From contig JWZX01003349.1 of NCBI GenBank assembly GCA_001275005.1, positions 1 to 55,134 of the forward strand: a DNA stretch of 55,134 nucleotides, in the 5' to 3' direction. The notes beneath the pieces were generated by a model. That model saw only the letters and a list, made by a program, of their open reading frames with translations. It was not told where the DNA came from and ran no database searches. Positions 29,762 through 40,816 of the stretch are shown here, one piece after another; position 1 is the stretch's first letter, and every line of letters starts with the position of its first letter. The position numbers and the translations under genes are program-made. Source of the stretch: Chrysochromulina tobinii (lineage: Eukaryota).

Positions 29762-31335
29762 TCATGATGATTGCTGCGCAGATGAACATGGCCGGCGGAT
29801 TCGGCGGTGCGCTCGGCCAGCAGGGCCTCTCAGGAGGCGCGCTTTGCGGCCAGCTTGGGCTCGCGGGCGCTCAGGCGGCGTGCCTGGCCGGGCTGGGGGC
29901 AGCTGGGCTCGGTGGTTTGCCCGGCGGCGCTGGAGCACCCAACCTCGCCGCGATCTCGTCCCTCGGCCAGCCTGGGTACGGCCTGAACGGAATGTCGTAC
30001 CTCGGGCAGCTTGGTGGGCTGCCGGTCGGCCAGCCGGGCTGGACGCCCGACGGATCGAACGCAGCGCAGGCGGCGGCGATGGGAGCGCACGTGCCCGCAC
30101 TGGCGGGCGGGCTTGCGGGGGGGGGTCTCGGTGGCCCATCTGGCTGCGGCGGCGGAAAGCTCGGCGGTGGACCTCAGCACGCCGGCCGCGGCCGCGACGG
30201 TGGGCGACGCGGTCGTGGCGGCGGTGGCCGTGGCGGCTCAGGACCGCCCAACAACGTCGGCAGTGTCGACGAGTGGGGAGGAGGGCCAGGCAGCGAGGGC
30301 GCGGCCGATCGCCACGCGAAGAAGCCGTTGAAGTGCGCGGGGCAGGAGGTGCGCACTGTCGACGAGGCATCCGCGCTCAACGGGCTTCTCGAGCTTGCCC
30401 ACGACCAGAGTGGGTGCCGCTTCCTGCAGGACCAGCTGGATCTTCGCTCCAAGACCCACATCGACCTCGTCTTCGAGGCAGTGCGGGGCGACGTGGTCGC
30501 GCTCAGCATGGACCCGTTTGGTAACTACCTCGTCCAGAAGCTGCTGCAGTACGGCACATCTGAGCAGCGCATCGCGCTCGTGGCGGGCGCAGCGCCGTCG
30601 CTCATTCCAATCGCGCTCAACGTGCACGGCACACGCGTGGTGCAGAAGATGCTCGAGGCGGCCGAAACGGAGGAGCAGCTCGACACGCTCATCGGCGCGC
30701 TCAATGCGCGCGTGATGGACCTCATCCTTGACATGAACGGCAACCACGTCGTGCAGCGCTGCCTTGCATCGCTCAAGCCCGAGCGCGCTGCGTTCGTGTA
30801 CGAGGCGGTCAAGGCCGAGTGTGTGCGCGTCGCGACGCATCGGCATGGCTGCTGCGTGCTCCAGCGCTGTCTCGACCACGCGCCCGATTCACAGCGCGTG
30901 CCCATCATCGGCAACGTGATCGCCAACGCGCGCAAGCTCGTACTCGACCCGTTCGGCAACTATGTCGTCCAGTACGTGCTCGAGCTGCGCCAGCCCGAGC
31001 TCACGCGCGGCATCGGCCAGGCACTCCAAGGCTCGTTCGCCGACCTCACGCTCCAAAAGTTTTCGTCCAATGTGATTGAAAAGTGCCTCCAATCGAACGA
31101 CAGGCTGCTCATCGCCATGGTGACAAGCGAGATCTGCCAGGCGAAGGCGCTCGGTCAACTGCTGCACGATCCGTTCGCCAACTACGTCGTGCAGACGTTG
31201 CTCACGGTGGGTTCCGATGAGGAGGTTGCGGCGATGCTCGAGAAGCTCACGCCGCACCTCAAGACGCTCCGCGGCACGCTCTACGGCAAGCGCATCCACG
31301 CCAAGCTCCTGCGCCGATTCCCGCACCTGCGCTAG
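28159..31335 (+). CDS. Pumilio/PUF RNA-binding protein (Puf4/Puf5-like) with a long Gln/Gly-rich N-terminus
   Basis: Eight PUF repeats: DQSGCRFLQ, DPFGNYLVQ, NVHGTRVVQ, DMNGNHVVQ, HRHGCCVLQ, DPFGNYVVQ, QKFSSNVIE, DPFANYVVQ. Confidence 0.95.
29332..29760 (+). repeat. CAG and CAGCCG microsatellites encoding polyQ and (QP)n tracts
   Basis: (cag)n at 29332-29406 and about 29594-29610; (cagccg)n followed by (cag)n up to 29760. Confidence 0.95.
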
Positions 31336-32012
31336 TCGACCGAGCGCCCTGTAATTCCCCATGTACTCGACCAACCCTGTACGTCATGTACTATCCTATC
31401 ACCTCGATTCACGTCGTGCTCTGCCGCGGCGCCCGGTGTAGAGCGTTCCGACTCGCTCGTGTATCCCAAGTGCATCAATTGGTTTCATGGCGTGCATTGG
31501 GTGGTCGGGAGAGGCCAGCGTGGGCAACATGCAACTGATGGCATGACTGCGAGTGTGCAGATGGCGGGCCATGGGCATGACGACCGTGCCGATCGTTGTG
31601 GGTGTGCTTGCGGGCGTGCTGGCTCCTGAATGAAGGTCGAAGCCCGGAAGACGAACGCTGCACGGTGGTGATGTGCAAGCGCGCGAGTGACATGACACTC
31701 GACAGTATTATTTTACGCGTATTTGAACGACGTCGCATGTAGGGCAGATGAAAGCGACAAGGAATATCGCCATCTGTCGCCGCAACACGCCTGTCCGCAG
31801 CCCCCGCTGGCGAGAGCCAAGAGCGAGAGCCAAGAGCGAGTTGGCGGGCCGCGACGAAACTTCCCATGTCAGTTCACGGAACCTTCAAGTCAATTTGCAA
31901 ACACTTTTTTTGTCGGTTCACGCGTCGCGACGTCTGGCCCGAACACGGTCGCGCTCGCGCTCGCGACGCTCGTGCATCTGAAGCTCCAGTACGATCACTC
32001 GCCGCGTTCCGC

Positions 32013-32966
32013 ATGAGCGTCCGTCCCAAAACAGCCCCACACGGCGACGAAGACAGATTCGGGTACTTTGCTACGCAAAAGCTGGCTTGCAAAGTTGAGC
32101 GACGCCACCTTCAGATGCAAATTGAGCGCGTCCGCCAGCAGCAGCTAGCCAAGGAGAGGAAGAGACAGGCTGAGGTGGCTGCCAAAGCTCAAAAGCTCAA
32201 GAAGGACCGGCACGTTCAAGACGTGCTCCAGCGCCAGGCCGTGCTGACGGAGAGCACCATTGGCACTAGCGATCAGCAATGGCGGGCCAGCACGGACCTG
32301 GTGCGCAAGGCCGAGGAGCGGGTTCAGCACGAGACCGAGTTGGCGATGCATCTGGCCAACCGCGAGATAGCAGATGCAGTATATCGCGCCCACGACGCCG
32401 AGCTCGCGCGCCTTGGCACCGAGAAATGGGCGCGCGGCATGCAGACCGGCGCGCAGGAGTTTGCTCTCGAGCGTGCCGGATGGACCATTTCGGAGCGCAA
32501 AGCGTTGCGCGATTTCGGCTGGGTGAAAGCGGACATACGACAAGAGGAACGGTTTCGCCGCGCTACCCAAGAGCTACTGCCCACCGGCCCGGGCGCACTC
32601 AGCCACCAGCAGACACCGGGCGCGTGGCGGCCTGATCGGCTCAGCATGAGCCCGGGTGCGTGGGCCAGCGCGCCCGTCCAGGTGACCGTGGAGCGCGCCC
32701 AGACGGCACAGATGCACTCGCACGGCCGTAACATGCGCGCGCTCATCCAGCGCAGGGAATTCAGAGAGAAGACGCTCGACATGTGGGACCAGGTGGGCAC
32801 GAAGGTGGCTGACACACGATACGAGGCGTGGAGAATCAAGGTAAGCACGGCAAAGTCCCCGCGTACGCCCGGCTGGCCACATCCGAGTACGCACCGGGTG
32901 AGCTCGTTGTATGCAACATCGTCGGCACCGACTACGCCCAGGGGATCGCCAGAGCCGGTATTCTAG
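32013..32966 (+). CDS. Hypothetical coiled-coil protein
   Basis: ORF from ATG 32013 with charged helical segments; no family recognised. Confidence 0.6.
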   Translation: MSVRPKTAPHGDEDRFGYFATQKLACKVERRHLQMQIERVRQQQLAKERKRQAEVAAKAQKLKKDRHVQDVLQRQAVLTESTIGTSDQQWRASTDLVRKAEERVQHETELAMHLANREIADAVYRAHDAELARLGTEKWARGMQTGAQEFALERAGWTISERKALRDFGWVKADIRQEERFRRATQELLPTGPGALSHQQTPGAWRPDRLSMSPGAWASAPVQVTVERAQTAQMHSHGRNMRALIQRREFREKTLDMWDQVGTKVADTRYEAWRIKVSTAKSPRTPGWPHPSTHRVSSLYATSSAPTTPRGSPEPVF

Positions 32967-33181
32967 CCGAAAGGGTCGCCCGCAAAGTCGGTACCGGTAT
33001 ACACGAGGAGCTGAGCTGAGGGGAACTCGCCGAAGTCGCATTATCATGATCTCAACACAGTACACGTACCTTTACTCGACCCGCTGCGGTACACCGACCA
33101 AAGTTCCGAGACCAAACGCGTTCATGTTTTCGCGAAATCGGTGACAAGTCCTCCCTCCTCTTCTCCCTCAAGCCGGGCGAG

Positions 33182-34597
33182 ATGGAGTTGGTATATCATG
33201 GGAATCCTATGACGCTACCAAATAATGAGCGCGACCCTTGTGGCTTGCCGCTAGCATCCTTCCTGGTGGAAGCGCCGCTTGTACTGCGTAGCGCCGCAGA
33301 GCTCTCCTCCGAGAGCCGTGGCATCCTCAGAAGGGGTGATAAGGTAGTTGCTCTCGACGAGGCAGTGCACTCAGGCGTGCGGCGAACGCTCGTGGCGTTG
33401 GAGACGTCATTGCAGCAGCCGCTGGGATGGGTGACCCGCGAGAAGCACGGAAAGGAGCTGCTCAAAACCATGCGCTCAAAACCAGGCGCGCATGGCTTCT
33501 ATTCGAGCATTGTTGGATTTGAAATCTTTGGCAGGAAGTCGCCGCCGAAGGGCATTGACAGAACACCCCTTTCTGACAGCCTGGCCTCGCGTGTCGCTCG
33601 GCGGCGCCTCGGCACGTCAACGTTCGAAGGGCGACGCTCAAGCAGCGCCACAGGAGGGCGCACATCTCTTGTGTCGCGTGAGGCATCACCGTCTCCAAAG
33701 GGCACCATGACAGCTAAGGCGGGAGCAGGCGGCAAAGGTGCCAAATCACAGTACTCGGCGGCGAAATTATGGCAAGCGGCAGAGCAGATCACACGACGTG
33801 CAGAGGGGTTTCAGATTACGATCTCGGACACATTCGAGTCGAAACTCGCAAATGTCCTGGTGCAGAAGAAGGTCAAGGTCGAGGAATTGGTGAGGTCGTG
33901 GGATCGCAATGGAGATGGCGTAATCAACAAAAATGAATTTCGCATCGCCGTGCGCGGCTACGGCTTCAAGGAGATCAACGTGCTCGAGATTGACGGCCTG
34001 TTTGACAAGATTGACAACGACAAATCGGGCGAGCTCGACCTCTCAGAGATCAAGGCCGCTCTAAAGAAGCTGCAGGAGCGAGCGCAGAATGTGGGCGCCA
34101 GCATCGATCAAGAGCAGGCGAAGGCGGCAGCGCTGATTGGGGTGGCGCAGGTGTTCCAGACGGCGGCAGCCGCGACGGCAGAGTACGAGGCGGCCGAGCA
34201 GAAGGCCACTCAGATGAAAGACAACCCGTCGCTCGGGAAGCGGGTAGGCGACGCGATTTTCAAGCGTAACGTCAAACTCGGCGAGTTGGTCGGGCAGTGG
34301 GACAAGGATGGCAATGGCGTAGTCGACAAGAAGGAGTTTCGTGAACAGATTCACCTCATGGGCATCAAGGAGATACATCCTCGGGAGATGGATAGTCTCT
34401 TCGTTTCTCTGGACCGGAACGGCGATGGCTCACTCGATCTCGACGAGCTGAAGGTGGCCCTCCAGCTGTTGCGCGACACGGCCGTAAGAGAGGCCTTGGA
34501 TGTCGAGGCGCAGGCCAGCGCAGCGTTGAAACTGTGCGTCGCGTCGCGAAAGCAGCAAAAGGTGCGCCATGAGCAACCCCATCGGATGATCTCCTAG
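33182..34597 (+). CDS. EF-hand Ca2+-binding protein (4 EF hands) with an SH3b-like N-terminal domain
   Basis: DRNGDGVINKNE, DNDKSGELDLSE, DKDGNGVVDKKE, DRNGDGSLDLDE; VLRSAAELSS...GWVT; a possible donor AAG|GTGCGC at 34562 means the true C-terminus may differ. Confidence 0.88.
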   Translation: MELVYHGNPMTLPNNERDPCGLPLASFLVEAPLVLRSAAELSSESRGILRRGDKVVALDEAVHSGVRRTLVALETSLQQPLGWVTREKHGKELLKTMRSKPGAHGFYSSIVGFEIFGRKSPPKGIDRTPLSDSLASRVARRRLGTSTFEGRRSSSATGGRTSLVSREASPSPKGTMTAKAGAGGKGAKSQYSAAKLWQAAEQITRRAEGFQITISDTFESKLANVLVQKKVKVEELVRSWDRNGDGVINKNEFRIAVRGYGFKEINVLEIDGLFDKIDNDKSGELDLSEIKAALKKLQERAQNVGASIDQEQAKAAALIGVAQVFQTAAAATAEYEAAEQKATQMKDNPSLGKRVGDAIFKRNVKLGELVGQWDKDGNGVVDKKEFREQIHLMGIKEIHPREMDSLFVSLDRNGDGSLDLDELKVALQLLRDTAVREALDVEAQASAALKLCVASRKQQKVRHEQPHRMIS

Positions 34598-35609
34598 ATT
34601 GAGATGTTGCTTCCAGAGAGGCCCCGCTCAATCGTGGCACGGTGTCACTCGACTCGCACGTATCGCAGGATGCCATCGGAGCTTTGGAAGCATTGGACCC
34701 TTCCTGGATGGATTGGATGGAAGCTTTGAAACTAGTCTGAATGGCTGTCTTCAACACCCTTGCTCCGTCGAGCACAAGTGCACAACCCCCCACCGCCACA
34801 GAAATATCAGAACCTGGCGTGGTGATTGCATGTCGAGATTGCATGGAGCGAGAAGTGTGGCGTCTTTCAGACGATGCTGTATACAGATGTAGGAACTCAA
34901 CGCTCTACGTAGGTGGGTCCGAGGAATCCGCCCCACATTTCGTTTTTATTTTAGCAGAATCCCTGAAAGATAAAACGCCCGCCCGGCAGGCAGCGGGACG
35001 AGACGAGATAAAGCAGACGAACGCATAAACGATAAAGCGAAATGAAAACGAGACGTACGTCGCCGCGAAACCGAAACGGACCGTCGAATCAAAGGACTAG
35101 GCGCAACGGCGAACGAAAGAATATAGCCGAAACATGACGGTTTGCTGTCCCCTGTCGCCGATACATGTAGTAACTTCCAAGAGTAACTTCGCGTGGCTTT
35201 CTGCTTAAAACGTATAAAAAATCGCAGGTGCGTTTGTGAGCAGCGAGCGCGAGTGACACAGTGTTAAAATTACCATCGACCACATGTGACCATTCTTTGG
35301 CTGTGTGTAAATCCAGTTCACGAGATCACGACAAAAGGACAAATCACGACGACTTCCTCAACAAACCGCAAACCAAACCAAACGCACCTTAGTTTGTGGA
35401 GGCCTCCAAGGCCCCACGCCCCTCCTCAACACCTAATCCTACGTGCCACCATAGATTCCAATTCTCGAGGCGCCAACTCACAGTTGAAAAGGTCATCTAT
35501 CTTCCTGTTCACGCTTCTTTCCGAAGGCTTCGAGAGTCGCGTGTCGCGTTGCGCCTCGCGACTCGCGACGCGACTCGCGTTGCGCTTCTCGTTGCGCCGG
35601 GAGATCGCG

Positions 35610-38609
35610 ATGGACGCGGAAGAAGACCTTTACGACGAGTTCGGCAACTACATTGGTCCAGAAATCGACAGCGACGAGGACGAAGACGGTGCGCCCGAGA
35701 TCGATGACTTTGGCGATGATGACGAGGACGGGGATGACGAGGTGGTAGACGTTGGCGGCGCAGGCTATGCAATGGACGATGATGAGGTTGCCGGCGAGGA
35801 TGACACGCGGGTGACGCTTCATGAGGACAAAAAGTATTACCCGACGGCAATGGAGGTGTACGGCGAGGAGGTGGAGACGACGGTGCAGGAGGAGGACACG
35901 CAGCCGATCACGCAGCCAATTGTTGCGCCGATGAAGGCTAAGGAATATGACCTAGTTGAGAAGAAGATTCCTAGGTCGGTGTATTCGCACGAGTTCCTCA
36001 CCTCGCTGCTGCCCCACCCGCACCTCGTGCGCAATGTGGCCATCGTCGGCCACATGCAGCATGGCAAGACGACACTGGTCGACAACCTGATTGCCACGAC
36101 GCACGTGCCTGACCCGTCAGCCGCCGCCAAGAATGGTAAGAAGGCCGCGGGCGGCGGAGCGCAGACCAGCCGGGGGCGCCGCTACACAGACACGCGCGCC
36201 GACGAGCAGAAGCGTGGGCTCTCGATCAAGGCCATGCCGATCACTCTTCTCTTGCAGTCGCCGAGCGAGAAGCACTACGTGTTCAACTTGATCGACACTC
36301 CGGGGCACGTCAACTTTTCGGACGAGGTGAGCGCGGCCTTGCGACTCGCCGACGGCGCGCTCCTCGTCGTTGACGCCGTCGAAGGCGTGAGCTCGACCAC
36401 GGAGCAGCTTATCCGCCACCTTGTGACCGAGCGCGTGCCCGTGGTGCTCTGCGTCAACAAGCTCGACCGACTCATTCTCGAGCTCAAGCTACCGCCGCAG
36501 GACGCGTACTTCAAGCTGCGACAGGTGATCGAGGAGGTCAACTCGGCGCTGCGTGCGGCGAGTGGCGGCGCACACAAGCGCCTCAGCCCGGAGGAGGGCT
36601 CGGTCATCTTTGCCTCTGCCGAGCAAGACTGGTGCTTCACCCTCGAGTCATTTGCGACCATCTACGCCGACTTCTACCCGTCCATCCCGGCTGCGACGCT
36701 CGCGCGCCGCCTGTGGGGCGACGTCTATTACCAGCCGGTGTCGCGTACTTTTCGGCGCAAGCCTCCCGATGGCGGTGGCCCCCGCACCTTTGTGCAGTTT
36801 GTGCTCGACCCGCTGTACAAGCTCGTGAGCGCGACCATCTCGTCGCCGGAGCCGGAGCTGAGGGACGTGCTCGCTGACCTGGGCATTGGCCTGAAGAAGG
36901 CTGAGTTCGCCCTCGATCCGAAGCCCATGCTCAAGCTCACGATGGCGCGCTTCTTTGGCGGCAGCTACGCGGGCCTCGTCGCCGCCCTCGTCGCGCACCT
37001 GCCCTCACCCGCGCAGGGCGCCGCCCTCAAAGTCGAGCACACATACTCGGGAGAGCGCTCGGATAGTTGCGTGGCGCCGATGCTTGCGTGCGACCCGTCA
37101 GGGCTGCTGATGGCCAACGTGACCAAGATGTACCACAAGCCCGACTGCGAGTCCTTCGACGCCTTCGGGCGCGTCTTCTCAGGCACGTTGCGAGTGGGCG
37201 ACGAGGTGCAGGTACTCGGAGAGGCGTACTCGCTCGACGACCAAGAGGACTCGGCGCAAAAGACGATCTCGCGCCTATGGATTTACATGGCGCGCTACCG
37301 CGTCGAGGTGACGGAGGTGCCAGCAGGCTGCTGGGCGCTCATCGAGGGGGTCGAGGGTTCGCTCGTAAAGACGGGTACCATCACCTCCCTCGGTGCTGAG
37401 GACGTGCGCATCTTCCGGCCGCTCGCCTTCGACACGATGTCGGTGATGAAGCTCGCCACTGAGCCGCTCCACCCGTCCGAGTTGCCTCGGATGCTCGAAG
37501 GGCTGCGCAAGCTCAACAAGGCGTACCCGCTGCTGTCGACCAAGGTGGAGGAGAGTGGCGAGCACGTGATCATTGGCACGGGCGAGCTGTACCTGGACTG
37601 TGTGATGCACGACCTGCGCCACGTGTACGCCGAGATCGAGGTCAAGGTCTCGGACCCAGTGGTCACCTTTTGCGAGACGGTGCTCGAGACGTCCTCGCTC
37701 AAGTGCTTCGCCGAGAGCCCGAACGGGCGCTCCAAGCTCGCGATGATCGCCGAGCCGCTCGAAAAGGGTCTCGCCGAAGACATCGAGCGCGGCGCCGTCG
37801 ATATCCGCTGGGATCGCAAGCGGCTGGGCGAGTTCTTCCAGACCAAGTACAGCTGGGATCTGCTCGCTGCGCGCTCCGTGTGGGGCTTCGCGCCTGACGC
37901 GCGCGGGCCCAATGTGCTTGTGGACGACACGCTGCCCTCGGAGGTGGACAAGAAGCTGCTCGGCTCGATCCGCGAGTACATTCTGCAGGGCTTCGGCTGG
38001 GCCTCGCGGGAGGGGCCGCTGTGCGACGAACCGATGCGCAACGTCAAGTTTAAGGTGCTCGACGCGACGATCGCGGCCGAGCCCATCCAGCGCGGCGGCG
38101 GCCAGATCATCCCCACTGCGCGGCGCGTCGCCTACTCCGCCTTCCTGATGGCCACGCCACGCCTCATGGAGCCAGTGTACGCGGTTGAGATCATGGCGCC
38201 CGTCGATTGCGTCCCGGCCATTTACACTGTACTCGGCCGGCGACGCGGCCATGTCACTTCCGAAGGGCCGCGCCCGGGCACGCCGTTGCACATGCTCACG
38301 GCCTTCGTACCCGTCATCGACTCGTTCGGCTTCGAAACCGACCTGCGCTCGCACACGCAAGGGCGAGCCTTTGCCCTGTGCACCTTTCACCATTACGCCA
38401 TCGTGCCTGGCGATCCGCTCGACAAGACGATCACGCTGCGCCCGCTCGAGCCACAGCCAGTGCCGCATCTTGCGCGCGAGTTCATGGTCAAGACCCGCAG
38501 GCGCAAGGGCCTCTCGGAGGACGTGTCCATCTCCAAGTTCTTTGATGACCCCATGCTGCTCGAGCTCGCGAAACAGGATGCCGAGACGAACCAGACGGCC
38601 TACTTCTGA
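35610..38609 (+). CDS. EFTUD2: U5 snRNP 116-kDa GTPase (Snu114)
   Basis: [76 protein letters not shown]. Confidence 0.99.
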   Translation: MDAEEDLYDEFGNYIGPEIDSDEDEDGAPEIDDFGDDDEDGDDEVVDVGGAGYAMDDDEVAGEDDTRVTLHEDKKYYPTAMEVYGEEVETTVQEEDTQPITQPIVAPMKAKEYDLVEKKIPRSVYSHEFLTSLLPHPHLVRNVAIVGHMQHGKTTLVDNLIATTHVPDPSAAAKNGKKAAGGGAQTSRGRRYTDTRADEQKRGLSIKAMPITLLLQSPSEKHYVFNLIDTPGHVNFSDEVSAALRLADGALLVVDAVEGVSSTTEQLIRHLVTERVPVVLCVNKLDRLILELKLPPQDAYFKLRQVIEEVNSALRAASGGAHKRLSPEEGSVIFASAEQDWCFTLESFATIYADFYPSIPAATLARRLWGDVYYQPVSRTFRRKPPDGGGPRTFVQFVLDPLYKLVSATISSPEPELRDVLADLGIGLKKAEFALDPKPMLKLTMARFFGGSYAGLVAALVAHLPSPAQGAALKVEHTYSGERSDSCVAPMLACDPSGLLMANVTKMYHKPDCESFDAFGRVFSGTLRVGDEVQVLGEAYSLDDQEDSAQKTISRLWIYMARYRVEVTEVPAGCWALIEGVEGSLVKTGTITSLGAEDVRIFRPLAFDTMSVMKLATEPLHPSELPRMLEGLRKLNKAYPLLSTKVEESGEHVIIGTGELYLDCVMHDLRHVYAEIEVKVSDPVVTFCETVLETSSLKCFAESPNGRSKLAMIAEPLEKGLAEDIERGAVDIRWDRKRLGEFFQTKYSWDLLAARSVWGFAPDARGPNVLVDDTLPSEVDKKLLGSIREYILQGFGWASREGPLCDEPMRNVKFKVLDATIAAEPIQRGGGQIIPTARRVAYSAFLMATPRLMEPVYAVEIMAPVDCVPAIYTVLGRRRGHVTSEGPRPGTPLHMLTAFVPVIDSFGFETDLRSHTQGRAFALCTFHHYAIVPGDPLDKTITLRPLEPQPVPHLAREFMVKTRRRKGLSEDVSISKFFDDPMLLELAKQDAETNQTAYF

Positions 38610-39078
38610 TTTGGCACGGTGACAGCACTTCACTTGTGCCGCCGCGGGTTTATGCGCGGTGCGTGTGGGGCTTGCGTGAGAGAGAGAGAGAGAGAAGAGC
38701 GCCGACCCGGACCCCCGGAGTGCGGAGAAGAGCCGAGAGAGTCGTTTTCGAACGTGACGCAAGACAGAACGCGCGCAACGCGCGCCGAGCCGCGGAGCGC
38801 GCGCCGTACGAAGGTGCGTAGGCCTACAAAAGAGTTTACGATTACGTAATATCTCTGAGTCAGATCGATATATATATTGTAAATATATGATTTGCCCCTT
38901 CTGTGGTGAGGGAGCTAACCGTATGCAAAGCCAACAAGTTCTACGGATACCGGCCGGGATGTTTCCGGGCTCTTGCCTCCTACGGATCCTCCTCTCCACG
39001 CATCTCTCCCTGGACCACGCCGCCCCAGCATAGACCCAGTCATATCCTGTTTTGCAGAGAGTCCAACGCAGCGCGCGC

Positions 39079-40434
39079 TCACCGGCTGAGGTACTCCCAG
39101 TTGATGACCATCAGTCGCTGCACGCACGTGAGCGCATATTTCTGCACCGTATTGTCAGGATGCTTGAGCACCTGCATGGCAATCGGCTTGGCGCCGGCCT
39201 GGGTCACGAGACGGCGGCCCTCGGGGTGAAACTTGATGAGCTCGGAGATGTCACTGCACGCAATGGCGAGGACCTGCGGATCTTCAGAGCGAAGGAGCTC
39301 GACAAGCTTCTTGATGGGCGCGTTGCCGTTCTCCTCGAAGCGCTTGTAGTTGTCCTTCCAGAAGTTCTCCGACTTGTGTGACGGCGACCACTCGAGCTTT
39401 CCTGTCTCGAGCTCCGCCTTGTACACGTCCCACGAGGTGAGCCCGAGCAGGTTGACCTGCAGCACCTGGGAGAGGTAGTCGACTTCTTCCGGGATGTCCT
39501 CGTCCGCGAACTTGCGCGCGTGCATGGCCTCGAGTACGGGCATCAGTCCGAAGAAGACCATGTCGTTCGAAGCGTTGGCCACGCCGAGCAGGTTGCGCAG
39601 CGTTGAGAGCGCGACGCGGATCACCTTTTCCTTGGGCGACGCCTTGGTGATCTCGACGAGCTTGGCAATGAGGCCCACCTTTGAGCTCGCCATCTCGAGA
39701 GCCGCCTCCGCCGAGTACGAGAGCGACCAGAGCGAGAACAGCGTCTGGTACAGCAGCTGCACCGTCGTCGATGAGCTCGACAAAGTCGACGTGGTCACCA
39801 GCATCGAGAGCGGCGGCAGCACTTCGGCGGCAAGCGCGGCTTTGCGACCGCGCATCGTCGCGACGAGAGCCTGCAGGCCGCTCATTGAGGCATTCGTTTT
39901 CGCGGATTCGGACGCCTCCGAAGGCGACACCTCCTTGAGCACGCTGACAACCCACTCGGCGAAGGACGAGAGGTGCAGGTTGAGGGTGGCGACGAGCGGC
40001 TCGGGCGCGCCAGGGGGCGCTGGGGCGCCCGCGAGCTTGCCCAGCACGGTCGCGGCCTTCTGGACAATGAAGGGTGGGCTCTGCGAAAGCAGCTTGAGCA
40101 GCGGCTTCATGGGGTCCGCCACGCCTTTGGTCTCGATGATGAGCTTGGGGAAGTAGAGGGCGATGCTGGCGTCGGCGTCTGTGATCACGTCGAGCATCAC
40201 GAGCGTGTACAGGACCACGTCATCCTTGTTGATGCACGTCAGGATGTCGTTGAAGAGTGCCGCGAGGGCCAAGGGCTTATCGTGGAAAAGCGCCACCTGC
40301 GTGCGCACCGGCTGCTTGTCGAGCGAGTAGATCAGCTCAAGCTGCTCACGCGAGATCATGCCCGCCGACGCAAAGGAGGGCCATGGCACCTCCGAGCGAA
40401 GTACGTCCTCGTTGGACATAGCCGCAGCCTTCAT
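39079..40434 (-). CDS. ATP6V1H: V-type proton ATPase subunit H
   Basis: VQLLYQTLFSLWSLSY, KEKVIRVALSTLRNL, LTSWDVYKAELETGKLEWSPSHKSENFWKDN, LAIACSDI. Confidence 0.97.
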   Translation of the reverse strand: MKAAAMSNEDVLRSEVPWPSFASAGMISREQLELIYSLDKQPVRTQVALFHDKPLALAALFNDILTCINKDDVVLYTLVMLDVITDADASIALYFPKLIIETKGVADPMKPLLKLLSQSPPFIVQKAATVLGKLAGAPAPPGAPEPLVATLNLHLSSFAEWVVSVLKEVSPSEASESAKTNASMSGLQALVATMRGRKAALAAEVLPPLSMLVTTSTLSSSSTTVQLLYQTLFSLWSLSYSAEAALEMASSKVGLIAKLVEITKASPKEKVIRVALSTLRNLLGVANASNDMVFFGLMPVLEAMHARKFADEDIPEEVDYLSQVLQVNLLGLTSWDVYKAELETGKLEWSPSHKSENFWKDNYKRFEENGNAPIKKLVELLRSEDPQVLAIACSDISELIKFHPEGRRLVTQAGAKPIAMQVLKHPDNTVQKYALTCVQRLMVINWEYLSR

Positions 40435-40816
40435 GCGACCTGGCAGGGTCGAGCAGGGGTTCGCGTCAGCTCCCCAGCCGAGGCCAGATAGGACAGCAAA
40501 GGGAAAGATTGCTAGCAAGGGGAATCAGCCTCCAAGTTCTGGCCGTTGAGGCTAGCCACAGAGCCCGCAGCGGCCCACAGAGCGCGGGCCGCGCGCAAGG
40601 GCAGGCGCAAGGGCAGGCAAGGCCGACTGCGTACTTCGCGGATCCTGGTTCTGTTTCGCGAGGTGCCGAACGAGCCTTGGTGCGGCATTGTTTCGACTAG
40701 GTTCCTGTGAACACCCCCCCCCGAGCGCTGCAAGCACCGATCTCTCAGGGACTTTCGATGGAGGTTGCGTGCGCATTACGCGGAAAACATCGACGTTCAC
40801 ACGGCGACTTTTGCGA

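Noticed and set aside
34969..35040. Three GATAAA motifs in an A-rich gap
   Set aside because: Too short and compositionally expected; more than 500 nt from the next start codon
37275..38999. 574-aa antisense ORF and the many other overlapping ORFs in the track
   Set aside because: Shadow ORFs opposite well-conserved genes, expected from GC-rich codon usage; no recognisable motifs
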